Origin: Mobula hypostoma
Lineage: Eukaryota
Length of the DNA stretch: 64,000 nucleotides
Direction of reading: 5' to 3'
Assembly (NCBI RefSeq): GCF_963921235.1
Contig: NC_086107.1
Span: forward strand, 104,658,001-104,722,000
The translations under genes and the position numbers were made by a program. A model generated the notes under the pieces. It was not told where the DNA came from, did not search any database, and worked only from the letters and a program-made list of their open reading frames with translations. Below, one piece after another: positions 11,251 through 24,096 of this stretch. Position 1 is the first letter of the stretch. Every line of letters starts with the position of its first letter.

Positions 11251-14200
11251 CAGGCTCAACATCCCTTATCCAAAATGCTTGAGCATGGGGATGTTTCATA
11301 TTTCTGTTTTTGTTTGGATTTTGGAGTACTTGCATCTATGTAATGAGACACCTTGGGGATGGGACACAAGTCTAAGCACAAGATCCATTTATATTACATA
11401 TGCAGCTTATGTACAGTTGGTGTGAAACTCAGAGTGAACAATCTGCAGTTAGAGCACAGTCTGAACTGATGGAGCTGGGTCCTCCACAGACTAGTAAAGT
11501 TGAATGACAGCCCCTGACTGCATCTGTTACCGGCTTCCTGCACTACAGTTGGCTTCGTATACGCCATCAATTTCAAATAGCTGCCTGTTCCAGGACAACT
11601 ACAATTGGGGTGGGGGGTGGGTTATTTTATATAATATTTCTAATAATTTTGTGAATGAAACAATTACCTTCAATTTTTAGTTCGTTGTGACAGATCTTTG
11701 CTTGTTTAATGATCATATAATGGCATATGTTTACTCCAATGCTGATGAATCTAGTACTAGGTAATAAACTGGGTCAGGTCACAGATCTCTCAGTGGGTGA
11801 GTATCTAGGGGACAGTGACCACCGCTCCCTGGCCTTTAGCAGTATCATGGAAAAGGATAGAATCAGAGAGGACAGGAAAATTTTTAATTGGGGAAGGGCA
11901 AATTATGAGGCTGTAAGGCTAGAACTTGCGGGTGTGAATTGGGAGGATGTTTTTGCAGGGAAATGTACTATGGACATGTGGTCGATGTTTAGAGATCTCT
12001 TGCAGGATGTTAGGGATAAATTTGTCCCGGTGAGGAAGATAAAGAATGGTAGGGTGAAGGAACCATGGGTGACAAGTGAGGTGGAAAATCTAGTCAGGTG
12101 GAAGAAGGCAGGATACATAAGGTTTAGGAAGCAGGGATCAGATGGGTCTATTGAGGAATATAGGGAAGCAAGAAAGGGGCTTAAGAAGGAGCTGAGAAGA
12201 GCAAGAAGGGGGCATGAGAAGGCCTTGGCGAATAGGGTAAAGGAAAACCCCAAGGCATTCTTCAATTATGTGAAGAAAAAAAGGATGACAGGAGTGAAGG
12301 TAGGACCGATTAGAGATAAAGGTGGGAAGATGTGCCTGGAGGCTGTGGAAGTGAGCGAGGTCCTCAATGAATACTTCTCTTCGGTATTCACCAATGAGAG
12401 GGAACTTAATGATGGTGAGGACAATATGAGTGAGGTTGATATTCTGGAGCATGTTGATATTAAGGGAGAGGAGGTGTTGGAGTTGTTAAAATACATTAGG
12501 ACGGATAAGTCCCCGGGGCCTGACGGAATATTCCCCAGGCTGCTCCACGAGGTGAGGGAAGAGATTGCTGAGCCTCTGGCTAGGATCTTTATGTCCTCGT
12601 TGTCCACGGGAATGGTACCGGAGGATTGGAGGGAGGCGAATATTGTCCCCTTGTTCAAAAAAGGTAGTAGGGATAGTCTGGGTAATTATAGACCAGTGAG
12701 CCTTATGTCTGTGGTGGGAAAGCTGTTGGAAAAGATTCATAGAAAAGGATCTCTGGGCATTTAGAGAATCATGGTCTGATCAGGGACAGTCAGCATGGCT
12801 TTGTGAAGGGCAGATCGTGTCTAACAAGCCTGATAGAGTTCTTTGAGGAGGTGACCAGGCATATAGATGAGGGTAGTGTAGTGGATGTGGTCTGTATGGA
12901 TTTTAGTAAGGCATTTGACAAGGTTCCATACGGTAGGCTTATTCAGAAAGTCAGAAGGCATGGGATCCAGGGAAGTTTGGCCAGGTGGATTCAGAATTGG
13001 CTTGCCTGCAGAAGGCAGAGTGTCGTGGTGGAGGGAGTACATTCAGGTTGGAGGATTGTGACTAGTGGTGTCCCACAAGGATCTGTTCTGGGACCTCTAC
13101 TTTTCGTGATTTTTATTAACGACCTGGATGTGGGGGTGGAAGTGTGGGTTAGCAAGTTTGCAGATGGCACAAAGGTTGGTGGTGTTGTAGATAGTGTAGA
13201 GGATTGTCAAAGATTGCAGAGAGACATTGATAGGATGCAGAAGTGGGCTGAGAAGTGGCAGATGGAGTTCAACCCGGAGAAGTGTGAGGTGGTACACTTT
13301 GGAAGGACAAACTCCAAGGCAGAGTACAAAGTAAATGGCAGGATATTTGGTAGTGTGGAGGAGCAGAGGGATCTCAGGGTACATGTCCACAGATCCTTGA
13401 AAGTTGTCTCACGGGTGGATAGGGTAGTTAAGAAAGCTTATGGGGTGTTAGCTTTCATAAGTCGAGGTATAGAGTTTAAGAGTCACGATGTAATGATGCA
13501 GCTCTATAAAACTCTGGTTAGGCCACACTTGGAGTACTGTGTCCAGTTCTGGTCGCCTCACTATAGGAAGGATGTGGAAGCATTGGAAAGGGTACAGAGG
13601 AGATTTACCAGGATGCTACCTGGTTTAGAGAGTATGGATTATGATCAGAGATTAAGGGAACTAGGGCTTTACTCTTTGGAGAGAAGGAGGATGAGAGGAG
13701 ACGTGATAGAGGTGTACAAGATAGTAAGAGGAATAGATAGAGTGGACAGCCAGCGCCTCTTCCCCAGGGCACCTGAAAACAAGAGGACATGGCTTTAAGG
13801 TAAGGGGTGGGAAGTTCAAGGGGAATATTAGAGGAAGGTTTTTTACTCAGAGAGTGGTTGGTGCGTGGAATGCACTGCCTGAGTCAGTGGTGGAGGCAGA
13901 TACACTAGTGAAGTTTAAGAGACTACTAGACAGGTATATGGAAGAATTTAAGTTGGGGGCTTATATGGGAGGTAGGGTTTGAGGGTCAGCACAACATTGT
14001 GGGCTGAAAGGCCTGTACCGTGCTGTACTATTCTATGAATCTGTTCTTTCAATACATGATTAAGAACTTCATTTTTCATTTTATGCAGTTTTCGTATTTT
14101 TCATTAACTTTTGTTCATCACGTATGTGAGATCATTTCTCAGTAGTCTGTTGTACAAAGATTTGCGCATCACCTGTGAACCTTCCCAATTCCTTGTTGAA

Positions 14201-14273
14201 TTTTCCATTTGTGATGTCGTGTCTGCTCTTTTTTTTTAAAAAAATGGGTTTTGGATTAGGAGTACTCAACCTT
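11251..14273. mobile_element. Non-autonomous Tigger (Tigger4/Zombi-like) DNA transposon containing a CR1 insertion
   Basis: Left end CAGGCTCAACATCCCTTATCCAAAA and right end TTTTGGATTAGGAGTACTCAACCT are imperfect TIRs. Internal CTTGGGGATGGGACACAAGTCTAAGCAC and TAATAATTTTGTGAATGAAACAA resemble Tigger4b as recalled. Confidence 0.7.
11753..14034 (+). mobile_element. Young 5'-truncated CR1 LINE (ORF2 EN end and RT)
   Basis: ORFs 11727-12764 (GDSDH, KSPGPDGI) and 12803-13798 (DFSKAFDKV, QGSVLGP, KFADGT). 8 bp TSD ATGAATCT at 11745-11752 and 14035-14042. Confidence 0.95.
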
Positions 14274-15143
14274 CATTTCCCTTGGCAGAGGGTTTAAATG
14301 AGAAGGCATAGATTTTAAGTAATTAAATGAATGGTTAGGAGAGGAAAGCTTGAGCAATTCCTTAGTACTCACTGCATAAAAGCATGTTAAAGTCAGAAAT
14401 CTTCATTACATTTTAAAAAGCTTTTGGAAGTGTGCTTGAGGAGCTGTGACCTATGGGGACAGTGGAATCAGTGCTTGTAAGCTGGATTGTTCTTTTTGAC
14501 CTACACAATTGCAATGAGCTAAAAAATCTCCTGCATTGTAAATTTTGTATAACAGTCCACTGCAGTAATAATGTTTAAAATGTTTATGAGAATCTAACCT
14601 TGTAGGCGGTGGCACTGCTTTTTCTCTCATCTATCTTGGGAAATTAAAAAAAATGAGCTTGCTCAAAATTGATAGAGTGGCCAGATATATATCTCCAATA
14701 TAGTACCGTTCTTGTGCTAATATTAGTCCACTGGGAAGTAGATGTAATTTTCACAGATCCTTGGAAAATTTAAAGTATGATCTCCCTTCCAATTAAGTTA
14801 TGAGAAAATCCTCTACGATTTGCATATTTAAGCACATTAGAAAAAATTGATATTAAAACAGATGTTTTGTTGAAATCACAGATTTTAAAAGCTGCCATGA
14901 CCTCTGACAGGAAACATGACTTTCGAGAACTGTGATAGAACACCTGGTCCCCACAAAATCATAAGTGGCAAAAATAAGCTGCTTCATAATAAGAAATGCA
15001 ATTTTTGTGTTGGGTTAGTATTTGTGTTGTGAGAACATGGATAAAATTAAGTTAACGTCAGAATTGTACCTGAGGTGGGGAGGGGGTCAGATGGACAAGA
15101 TAACAAAGCAGATTACTTTGTTCCTAAACTGATCTAGAAAGTA

Positions 15144-16772
15144 CAGTGTTGCTAGAAGGTTTGTGACCCTGTAGAATTTTCTGTATTTCTGCATAAATAT
15201 GACCTAAAATGTGATCTGATCTGATCTTCAGGTAGGTGCTAAAACTAGATAAAGAGAACCCAATTAAATAAATAACACAAAAAACATTATACTTGTTCAT
15301 TTATTTATTGAGAAAAAATAATTTAATATTACATGTCTTTGTTGGTAAAAGTATGTGAACCTTTGCTTTCAGTAACTGGTGTGGTCCCCTTGTACAACAA
15401 TAATTTCAATCAAACTTTTCCAGTAAGTGTTCATCAGTCCTGCACATTGACTTGGACGAACTTTAGGCCATTCCTCCTTACAACTGCTTCAACTCTGGGA
15501 TGTTAGTGGGTTTCTTTGCATGAACTGCTTGATTCAGGCCCTTCCACAACATTTCTATAGGATTAAGGCCAGGACTTTGACTCGGCCATTCCAAAACACA
15601 AGTTTTCTTCTTTTTATACACAAAATAATCTGCAGATGCTGGGGTCAAAGCAACACTCAAAGCAACTTCCTTTTTATACCATTTTCTTGTTGATTTACTC
15701 TTGTCTTTTGGATCATTGTCTTGTTGTACTATCCAGCTTCTATTAAACTTCAGGTGACAGACAGCTACCCTGGCATTCTCCTGTAAAATATCTTATTGCA
15801 ATTTTGAATTCTTTGTTCCCTCAACGATTGCAAGCTATCCAGGCTCTGAGTGCAAAGCAGCCCCAAACTATGATGCACCTTCTACCATGCTTCACAGTTG
15901 GATGAGGTTTTGGTGTTGATGTGTAGTGCCCTTTTCTCTCCAAACATAGCAATGAGCATTTCTGCCAAAAAATTCAACATTTGTTTCACTTGTCCACAGA
16001 ACATTGTCCCAGAAGCATTGTGGAACATCCAAGTGGTCTTTTGTAAACTTGCAGCAATGTTTTTTGGAAAGCAGTGGTTTTCTCTGTGGTGTCCTTCCAT
16101 GGACACCATTCTTGTTTAGTGTTTTTCTTATAGTGGACACATGAAGAGAGACTTTAGCAGGTTCTGGAGATTTCTGCAGGTCTTTTGCTGTTACTTTTTG
16201 GGTTCTTTTTCAGTTCTTTCTGACGTAGACGTAGTGCTCTTAGTGTGATCCTTGCAGGACACCATCTCTTAGGGAGAGTAACAACAGTAGTGAATTTCCT
16301 CCATTTGTAGACAATTTCTCTTGCTGTGGACTGATGGTCATTAGAAATTATTTTGTGGCCTTTTCTAACGTCATGCATCTCTACAATTCTACTTCTAAGG
16401 TCTTCTGATAGTTGTTTTGATCGAGGCATGGTGCACATAAACAGATTTTATTTGCGAAGAGGAAGCTCTGTCAGTAACCTGACTGTGCGTCTTTTTTATA
16501 GGGCAGGGCAATCCTACAACCCACATCTCCAGTCTGGTCTCATTGATTGGAACACCTGACTCCAAATAGCTTTTATAGAAGGCATTGCCCCAGAGGTTCA
16601 TATACTTTTTCCAACAAATACATGTAATATTGGATCATTTTTCCAAATGAATAAATGAACAAGTATGTTTTTGTGTCGTTTATTCAATTGGGGTTCTCTT
16701 TAATCTAGTTTTAGAACTTGTGTGAAGATCTGGTCATATTCTACGGGGTTCACAGACCTTCTCGCACCACTG
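15144..16772 (-). mobile_element. Tc1-family transposon with long IR/DR-type TIRs; inactivated transposase
   Basis: TA|CAGTGTTGCTAGAAGGTTTGTGA ... TCACAGACCTTCTCGCACCACTG|TA, with ~200 bp imperfect TIRs and an inner AAAGTATGTGAACC repeat. Frameshifted transposase fragments: MPRSKQLSEDLRSRIVEMH, WDNVLWTSETNVEFFG, LEWPSQSPGLNPIEMLW. Confidence 0.93.
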
Positions 16773-17042
16773 TATGTGAGACAAATGCAAAATGCTGAAA
16801 ACATTCAAGAATTTTCCACCTGAACTGTTAACTGAATTTCTCTTTCCACAGACACTGATTGACTTGAGTGTGTCTAGCATTTTCTTTTATTTAGTTTATT
16901 ACTGTGGTTATTATAGAGTAGGATGAATGGTAAAGTTTAATAGATTGAATTGTAAATAGCAAATGCATATTATCGTTTAATATGTAGTGAGAGAACGAAT
17001 CAATCTAAAGTAAAGGCAGAGAAACATGAAAATGGGCTGCAA

Positions 17043-18031
17043 AATATCAGGAAAAATATAAAGATACAAATGTGATGTGCTGGAGAAGGTGCGGCTCCAA
17101 GGAGGCAAATCATTTTCATATTTTCTGGGATTGCCCTAAATTAAGTCTATTTTGGGAAGGTATTCATAGAACATTAGTTAAGGTACTTAGGTCCCAGATA
17201 CCTCTGAACTTTGAGACGCTCTATTTGGGGCATGTATTGTTCCTTGAACAGAAGGAAGATATAAAGTTGCTGCAGGCCCTCTTAGCGGCAAGTAAGAAAT
17301 CAATCACTAGAAAATGGCTAAATCCAATACCACCTACATTAGAAGATTGGTACGAAATTATCTTGGAAATATTTAAGATGGAAAAGTTGACTTACTCCCT
17401 GAGAACTCAAAAAGAAACATTTTATCAAATCTGGAATAAATGGATTGAATATATAACCCCAATGCGAGCAGACTTTAGATGACTCTCCTAATGATTTATA
17501 TTGCTCTTCTCATCAACACAGTAATATTGCTAACGTAAGCACCCCTAGTCTAAATGTTTGTTTTTTTTTGAAAATAGAGAATTAACACAAGTAAAGGGAA
17601 AGATTTGGGAAAGGGATAAAAAAAAAGAAAAAATTAAGTAAATAGGTACATAGGGATTGGATAATTATGTCTGCGGGCAGGAACAAGCACGAACAAATTG
17701 GGATATAAACACCTACAATGGTAGGTATATAGGCTTGTATGCAACATTTTGGACCAGTGGAAATGGTCCAGAAGGGTTGTATGGAAACTATTATTACCAT
17801 TTTTCTTAACAACTAATTTCATTACTTAGCCTAATAGGTTAGATTTACCACAGTACATAATTATCTATTTAAATGTTTATTTTCCTTTTATATCATTTCA
17901 ATGTGTACTTAAGAATGTATAAATAATTGTAGTTTTATACATATAAAAAATTGGAAAAGGTTATATGTGTGAAAAAAGTACATGATAATTGTGAATTCCT
18001 TATCCAAATAAAAATAAAATTAAAAAAAAAA
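17043..18031 (+). mobile_element. L1-clade LINE 3' fragment with poly(A) tail and 15 bp TSD
   Basis: ORF 17072-17482 with the L1-type C-terminal cysteine-rich motif (CWRRCGSKEANHFHIFWDC). AATAAA and an A tail. Perfect TSD GAAAATGGGCTGCAA at 17028-17042 and 18032-18046. Confidence 0.92.
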
Positions 18032-18084
18032 GAAAATGGGCTGCAAGAACTTTTATAGATATGTAAAAAGAAGACGACTGGCAA

Positions 18085-18350
18085 GGGCACATTGCAAGCG
18101 TAGTGGCATCAGTGCCGGACTTCGGGTCAAAAGGTCCCGAGTTTGAATCCAGCTGGCTTCCCTGCACGCTTTCCATCCGTGCTGGGCTACGAGCTGGTGT
18201 TCTCTTTGGAAACTCACCCAGCAGAAGGAAATGGCGAACCACTGCTGTAACTTGCCTCGTATGCAGTTCCCCACTACGTCAGAGAGGCGTGGAGGGAAAT
18301 CGTCCGCTAACTGGAGAAACACTGTATATGACGTACCTTTCCTTTCCTTG
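18085..18350 (+). mobile_element. tRNA-derived SINE with RTE-like body and (CTTTC)n tail
   Basis: A-box-like GCGTAGTGG, B-box-like GAGTTTGAATCC, then AGAAGGAAATGGCGAACCACTGCTGTAACTTGCC and a CCTTTCCTTTCC tail. Confidence 0.7.
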
Positions 18351-18771
18351 GAGCTAGATGGATGAATTTACAATAGTGAATAAGAAAATATTAGTGGAAT
18401 TAAACAATTGCTCTAAAGTACAATGTTTTAATGGGCTTAAGAGCATAGATGCAGATTTGATGTTTACCATGGATGGAGTGGCTAGAACTAGGAGTTACAG
18501 TTTTGAAATAAGGGTCTGGGTATTCAGAATAGAGATATGAAAAAATGTATTCATTTGGGTAATAAATATGTAGTTTTCTATGCAAGAGGGCTTTGGATGT
18601 TGTGTTAAAAAAGCACTTGATAGATTTTTTTCCCGCTATCATTGGGTATGTGGTTACAACAATAACATGGTGTTGAGCTAAAATATCAGCTATTATCTTT
18701 TGGAATATTGGAATGGACACAAGTAGCCATGTGGCATTTTGTGAATTATGTTATCTGTATCAAACATTCTT

Positions 18772-21700
18772 TAAGACCATAAGACAAAGGAGCAGAAGTC
18801 ACTCATTCAGCCCATCGAGTCTGCTCCGCCATTTTATCATGAGCTGATCCATTCTCCCATTTAGTCCCACTACCCCGCCTTCTCACCATAACCCTTGATG
18901 CCCTGGCTACTCAGATATCTATCAATCTCTGCCTTAAATACACTCAATGACTTGACCTCCACTGCCGCCCGTGGCAACAAATTCCACAGACTCAGCACCC
19001 TCTGGCTAAAAAAATTTCTTCGCATCTCTGTTCTGAATGCCCTTCAATCCTTAAGTCATGCCCTCTCGTACTAGACTCCCTCACCATGGGAAACAATTTT
19101 GTCACATCCACTCTGTCCATGCCTTTCAACATTTGAAATATTTCTCTGAGGTCTCCCCTCATTCTTCTAAACTCCAAGGATACAGTCCAAGAGTGGTCAA
19201 ACGTTCCTCATATGTTAACCCTCTCATTCCTGGAATCATTCCAGTGAATCTTCTCTGAGCCCTCTCCAACGTCAGCACATCCTTTCTTAAATAAGGAGCC
19301 CAAAACTGCACATAGTACTCCAAGTGAGGTCTTGCCAGTGCCTTATAGAGCTCCAACATCACATCCCTGCTCCTATACTCTATTCCTCTAGAAATGAATG
19401 CCAACATTGCATTCGCCTTCTTCACCACCGACTCAACCTGGAGGTTATCATTAAGGGTATCCTGCACTAGGACTCCCAAGTCCCATTGCATCTCAGAACT
19501 TTGAATTCTCTCCCCATTTAAATAATAGTCTGCCTGTTTATTTCTTCTACCAAAGTGCATAACCATACACTTTCCAACATTGTATTTCATTTGCCACTTG
19601 TTTGCCCATTCTCCCAGTCAATCCAAGTCTCTCTGTAGACTCTCTGTTTCCTCAGCACTACCAGCCCCTCCACCTATCTTTGTATCATCAGCAAACTTAG
19701 CCACAAAGATATCTATTCCATAATCCAAATCATTGATGTACAAAGTAAAAAGAAGCGGCCCCAACATGGACCCCTGTGGAACACCACCAGTAACCGGCAG
19801 CCAACCAGAATAGGGTCCTTTTATTTCCACTCTGTTTTCTGCCAATCAGCCAACGCTGTATCTACATATGTCAGTTTCCTGTAATTCCATGGGCTGTTAT
19901 CTTGTTTAGCAGCCTCATGTGTGGCACCTTGTCAAAGGCCTTCTGAAAATCCAAATACACAACATCCACTGCATCTCCCTTGTCTAGCCTACTTGTAATT
20001 TCCTCAAAAAATTGCAATAGGTTTGTCAGGCAGGATTTTCCTTTAAGGAAATCATGCTGAGTTCTGCCTATCTTGTCATAGGCCTCCAGGTACTCTGTAA
20101 CCTCATCCTTGACAATCGACTCCGACAACTTCCCAACCACTGATGTCAAGCTAACAGGTCTATAATTTCCTTTTTGCTTCCTTTCCCCCTTCTTAAATAG
20201 CGGAGTGACATTTGCAATCTTCCAGTCCTCCGGAACCATGCCAGAATCTATCAACTTTTGAAAGATCATTGCTAATGCCTCCGCAATCTCCACAGGTACT
20301 TCCTTCAGAACATGAGGGTGCATTCCATCTGGTCCGGGAGATTTATCTTTCCTTAGACTATTCAGCTTCCTGAGTACTTTCTCTGTCGTAATTGTGACTG
20401 CGCACACTTCTCTTCCCTGACACCCTTGAGTGTCCGGTATACTGCTGATGTCTTCCTCAGTGAAGACTGATGCAAAATACTCGTTCAGTTCCTCCGCCAT
20501 CTCCTTATCTCCCATTACAATTTCTCCAGCATCATTTTCTATTGGTCCTATATCTACTCTCACCTGTCTTTTACTCTTTATATACTTGAAAAAGCTTTTA
20601 GTATCTTCTCTGATATTATTTGCTAGCTTCCTTTCATAGTTCATCATTTCCCTCTTAATGACCTTAGTTTCCTTTTGTAAGCTTTTAAAAACTTCCCAAT
20701 CCTCTGTCTTCCCACTAATTTTTGCTTCCTTGTATGCCCTCTCCTTTGCTTTAATTTTGGCTTTGACTTCTCTTGTCAGCCACGGTTGCATCCTTTTTCC
20801 ATTCAAAAATTTCTTCTTTTTTGGAATATACCTGTCTTGCACCTTCCTCACTTCTCGCATAAACTCCAGCCACTGCTGCTCTGCCGTCCTTCCCGCCAGT
20901 GTCCCTTTCAAGTCAACTTTGGCCAGTTCCTCTCTCATGCCACTGTAATTTCCTTTACTCCACTGAAATACCGACACATCAGATTTCGGCTTCTCTTTTT
21001 CAAGTTTCACAGTGAACTCAATCATGTTATGATCACTGCCTCCTAAGGGTTCCTTCACCTCAATCTCTCTAATCACCTCTGGTTCGTTACACAATACCCA
21101 ATCCAGTACAGCTGATCCCCTAGTGGGCTCAACAACAAGCTGTTCTAAAAAGCCATCTCGTAGACATTCTACAAATTCTCTCTCTTGAGATCCAGTGCCG
21201 ACCTGATTTTCCCAATCCACTCGCATGTTAAAATCCCCCACAATTATCATAACTGCCTTTCTAACAAGCCTTTCTATTTCCTGTTAGGCCTGTATATAAC
21301 TGCTATCAGGGTCCTTTTACCCCTGTGATTTCTTAGCTCAACCCATAAAGATTCTGTACCTTCCAATCCTAAGACACCTCTTTCTAATGATTTAATATCA
21401 TTTCTTACCAATAAAGCCATGTCACCCCCTCTGCCTACCTGCCTATCCTTCCAATGCACTGTGTATCCTTGGATGTTCAGCTCCCAGAGACATGCATCCT
21501 TTAACCTCGTCTCAGTGATGGCCACAATATCATACCTGCTAATCTATAGCTGTACGACAAGATCATCCACTTTATTCCTTATGCTGCGCGCATTTAAGTA
21601 TAACACCTTTAGTCCAGTATTTGGTACTTTTTGCTTTGTTTGCACTGCAACCTCATCCCAATGGCTGCAAATTTGCCCTATCACCTGTCTGTCCTTCCTG

Positions 21701-22790
21701 ACATCTTTACTGCTCACTATCTTAGATTTATTTCTGTTTTCCCCCTCCTCTGCTCTATCATTCTGGTTCCCATCCCCCTGCCAAATTAGTTTAAACCCTC
21801 CCTAACAGCTCTATTAAAGCTTCCCGCCAGGATATTGGTCCCCTTCGGGTTCAGGTGTAACCCGTCCTTTTTGAACAGGTCATACTTCCCCCAGAAGAGA
21901 TCCCAATGATCCAAGAATCTGAAGCCCTGCCCCCTGCACCAGTCTCGCAGCCGCGCATTCATCTGCCTGATCTACTATTCTTGCCCTCGCTAGCACGTGG
22001 CACAGGTAGCAATCCTGAGATTACTACCCTGGAGGTCCTGTTTCTCAGCTTCCTTTCTAACTCCCGAAGTCTCTCTTCAGGACCTCCTCCCTTCTCCTAT
22101 CTATGTCATTGGTACCAACATGTACCAAGACAGCTGGCTGCTCGCCCTTTCCCTTCAGAATACTCTGGACCCGATCTGAGACATCCCGTACCCTGGCACC
22201 TGGGAGGCGACACACCATGTGCGTATCTCTATCAGGCTCACAGAATCTGCTGTCTGTTCCCCTGACTATGGAATCCCCTATGACTACTGTTATTCTTCTT
22301 CTCCCTCCTTCCCTCCTGCACAACAGCGCCAGGGTCAGTGCCAGAGACCTGGTCACCGTGGCCATCCCCTGTCAGGTCATTCCCCCCTCAACAGAATCCA
22401 AAACAAGATACTTGTTGCTGAGGGGGGCAGCTACAGGGGTGCTCTCCACTATCTGGGCATTTTCCTTCCCTCTCCTGACAGTCACCCAGTTTTCTGACCC
22501 CTGTAGCTCCTGTCTATCACCTCTTCACTTCCCTTAATAAGCAGTAGGTCATCAAGCTGCAGCTCCAGATCCCTAACACGGTCTCTGAGGAGTTGCATCT
22601 CTGTGCACCTGGCGCAGATGTGGCCATCACGGAGGCTGGAGGTCTCCCAGGATTCCCACATCTGACACTCTGAACAAAGCACTAACCCTGCAGAAATGCT
22701 ACCTAATTCTACAGGAATGAAACAGGGAAGAATAAGTCTACTCACCCACTTACCTCACCAAACACGTGAACTTTTTAAACCGTTAACTCG
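18772..22790 (-). mobile_element. Near full-length CR1/HER1 LINE: ORF1 (Zn finger and SGNH esterase) and ORF2 (APE endonuclease and RT), disrupted
   Basis: ORF1 pieces CSECQMW..CARC (22482-22745) and VVIGDSIVRG..VHVGTNDI (22057-22365). ORF2 pieces AITET, VGDFN, GSDHN, KFADDT, RPHLEY. Tail on the + strand reads TAAGACCATAAGAC. Confidence 0.95.
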
Positions 22791-23647
22791 TACTTAAGTA
22801 GTCTAGTTGATCCAATAATGCTTGAGCATCACACAGTGGACCCTAAATTGCAAATTATTGTGGGAGAATAATTGAGACATTGTTATTAATTCACTTCACA
22901 GTGAGAGTAAAGGTCCACAAATGAGGCATGGTAGCTTTCAGGACACTTGAGATTTCATTGAGTAAATTATGCAGCGCAGAATTCTTAAAACATTTGTCGA
23001 TAAAACTCAGTACGTAATCCTTTGTAATGTTTTGTTAGAAGGCATTTTAAGAAGAAATAATGGAGATGATTTTATTTTCATTTACGTGAACTGACTTAAG
23101 TGCAAAAGCATCTAGCAAAACCGGGTTTTGCTGGGGAAAAAATATAGTGATGTCAGCACAAAATATGTCCCCACTTAACCAGAACCATGAAAGCAGTAGT
23201 TTGGACCTGAGTTTAGCTTCCAGCCACACACCCCATCCGTTTTCAAAGACCTTTGAAATCTACTTCTCTCGATACCTTAATGTCACTGTAATAAAGTATT
23301 ATGAAGGGTCCTTTTAATGTCCTCAGTTCCGGTTTCCTACTTTATTACAATCATAAACTTGTTCAACTGACAGTTCACTATTTACACATACATCTTCTGC
23401 ATGCTGACTCACACTGGCTTCAGCCTTGTATGTAATTATAAAAATGAAGTATATGTGGGTAAAGAGTCAGTGACATCTTAGTTACAAAATGAGCTAGAAG
23501 CAAAAAGAATGAAAGACTGGAGGAAGATGTAATTTTTATTCCTTGGGGACTTGATTTTACACTAGTTATTCCTATGCAGTAATGATCTCAAATATAGTGC
23601 AAAATTCAAAGTTCTACATATGACAGAAAAACATATAAAAAAAAACC

Positions 23648-24096
23648 AGAGCACAATTGGGAGCATCCTGACTGACTGCTTCAATGACTGGTATGGGAGC
23701 AGTACTTCCTTCAAAAGCAGGACTCTGAAGAGAGTGATGCGGACAGCCCAGTGCATCTGTAGATGTGAACTTCCCAGTATTCAGGACATTTGCAAAGACA
23801 AGTGTGTTAAAAGGGCCTGAAAAATCATTGGGGACCCGAGTCACCCCAACCACAAATTTTTCCAGCTGCTACTATCCGGGAAAAGGTACCGCAGCATAAA
23901 AGCCAGGACCATCAGGCTCCAGGACAGCTTCTTCCACCAGGCCATCAGACTGATTAATTCATGCTGATACAATTGTATTTTTATGTTATATTGACTGTCT
24001 TTTGTATATACTCATTATAAATTGCACATTGCACATTTAGACAAGACATAACTCATGTATATGAGGGATGTAAATAATAAAGTCAATTTCAATTCA
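23648..24096 (+). mobile_element. Rex1/Babar 3' fragment with a TTCAA-type tail
   Basis: ORF 23620-23820 (TIGSILTDCFNDWYGSS..LKRVMRTAQCI). Ends AATAAAGTCAATTTCAATTCAA. Confidence 0.85.

Larger units (their letters stand above)
10960..14560 (+). mobile_element. Old CR1 3' fragment split by a Tigger-like element
   Basis: CR1 RT C-terminal sequence to ~11248 (..GTAAATGGGAAGAATA) resumes at ~14276 (TTTCCCTTGGCAGAGGG..). Confidence 0.7.
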
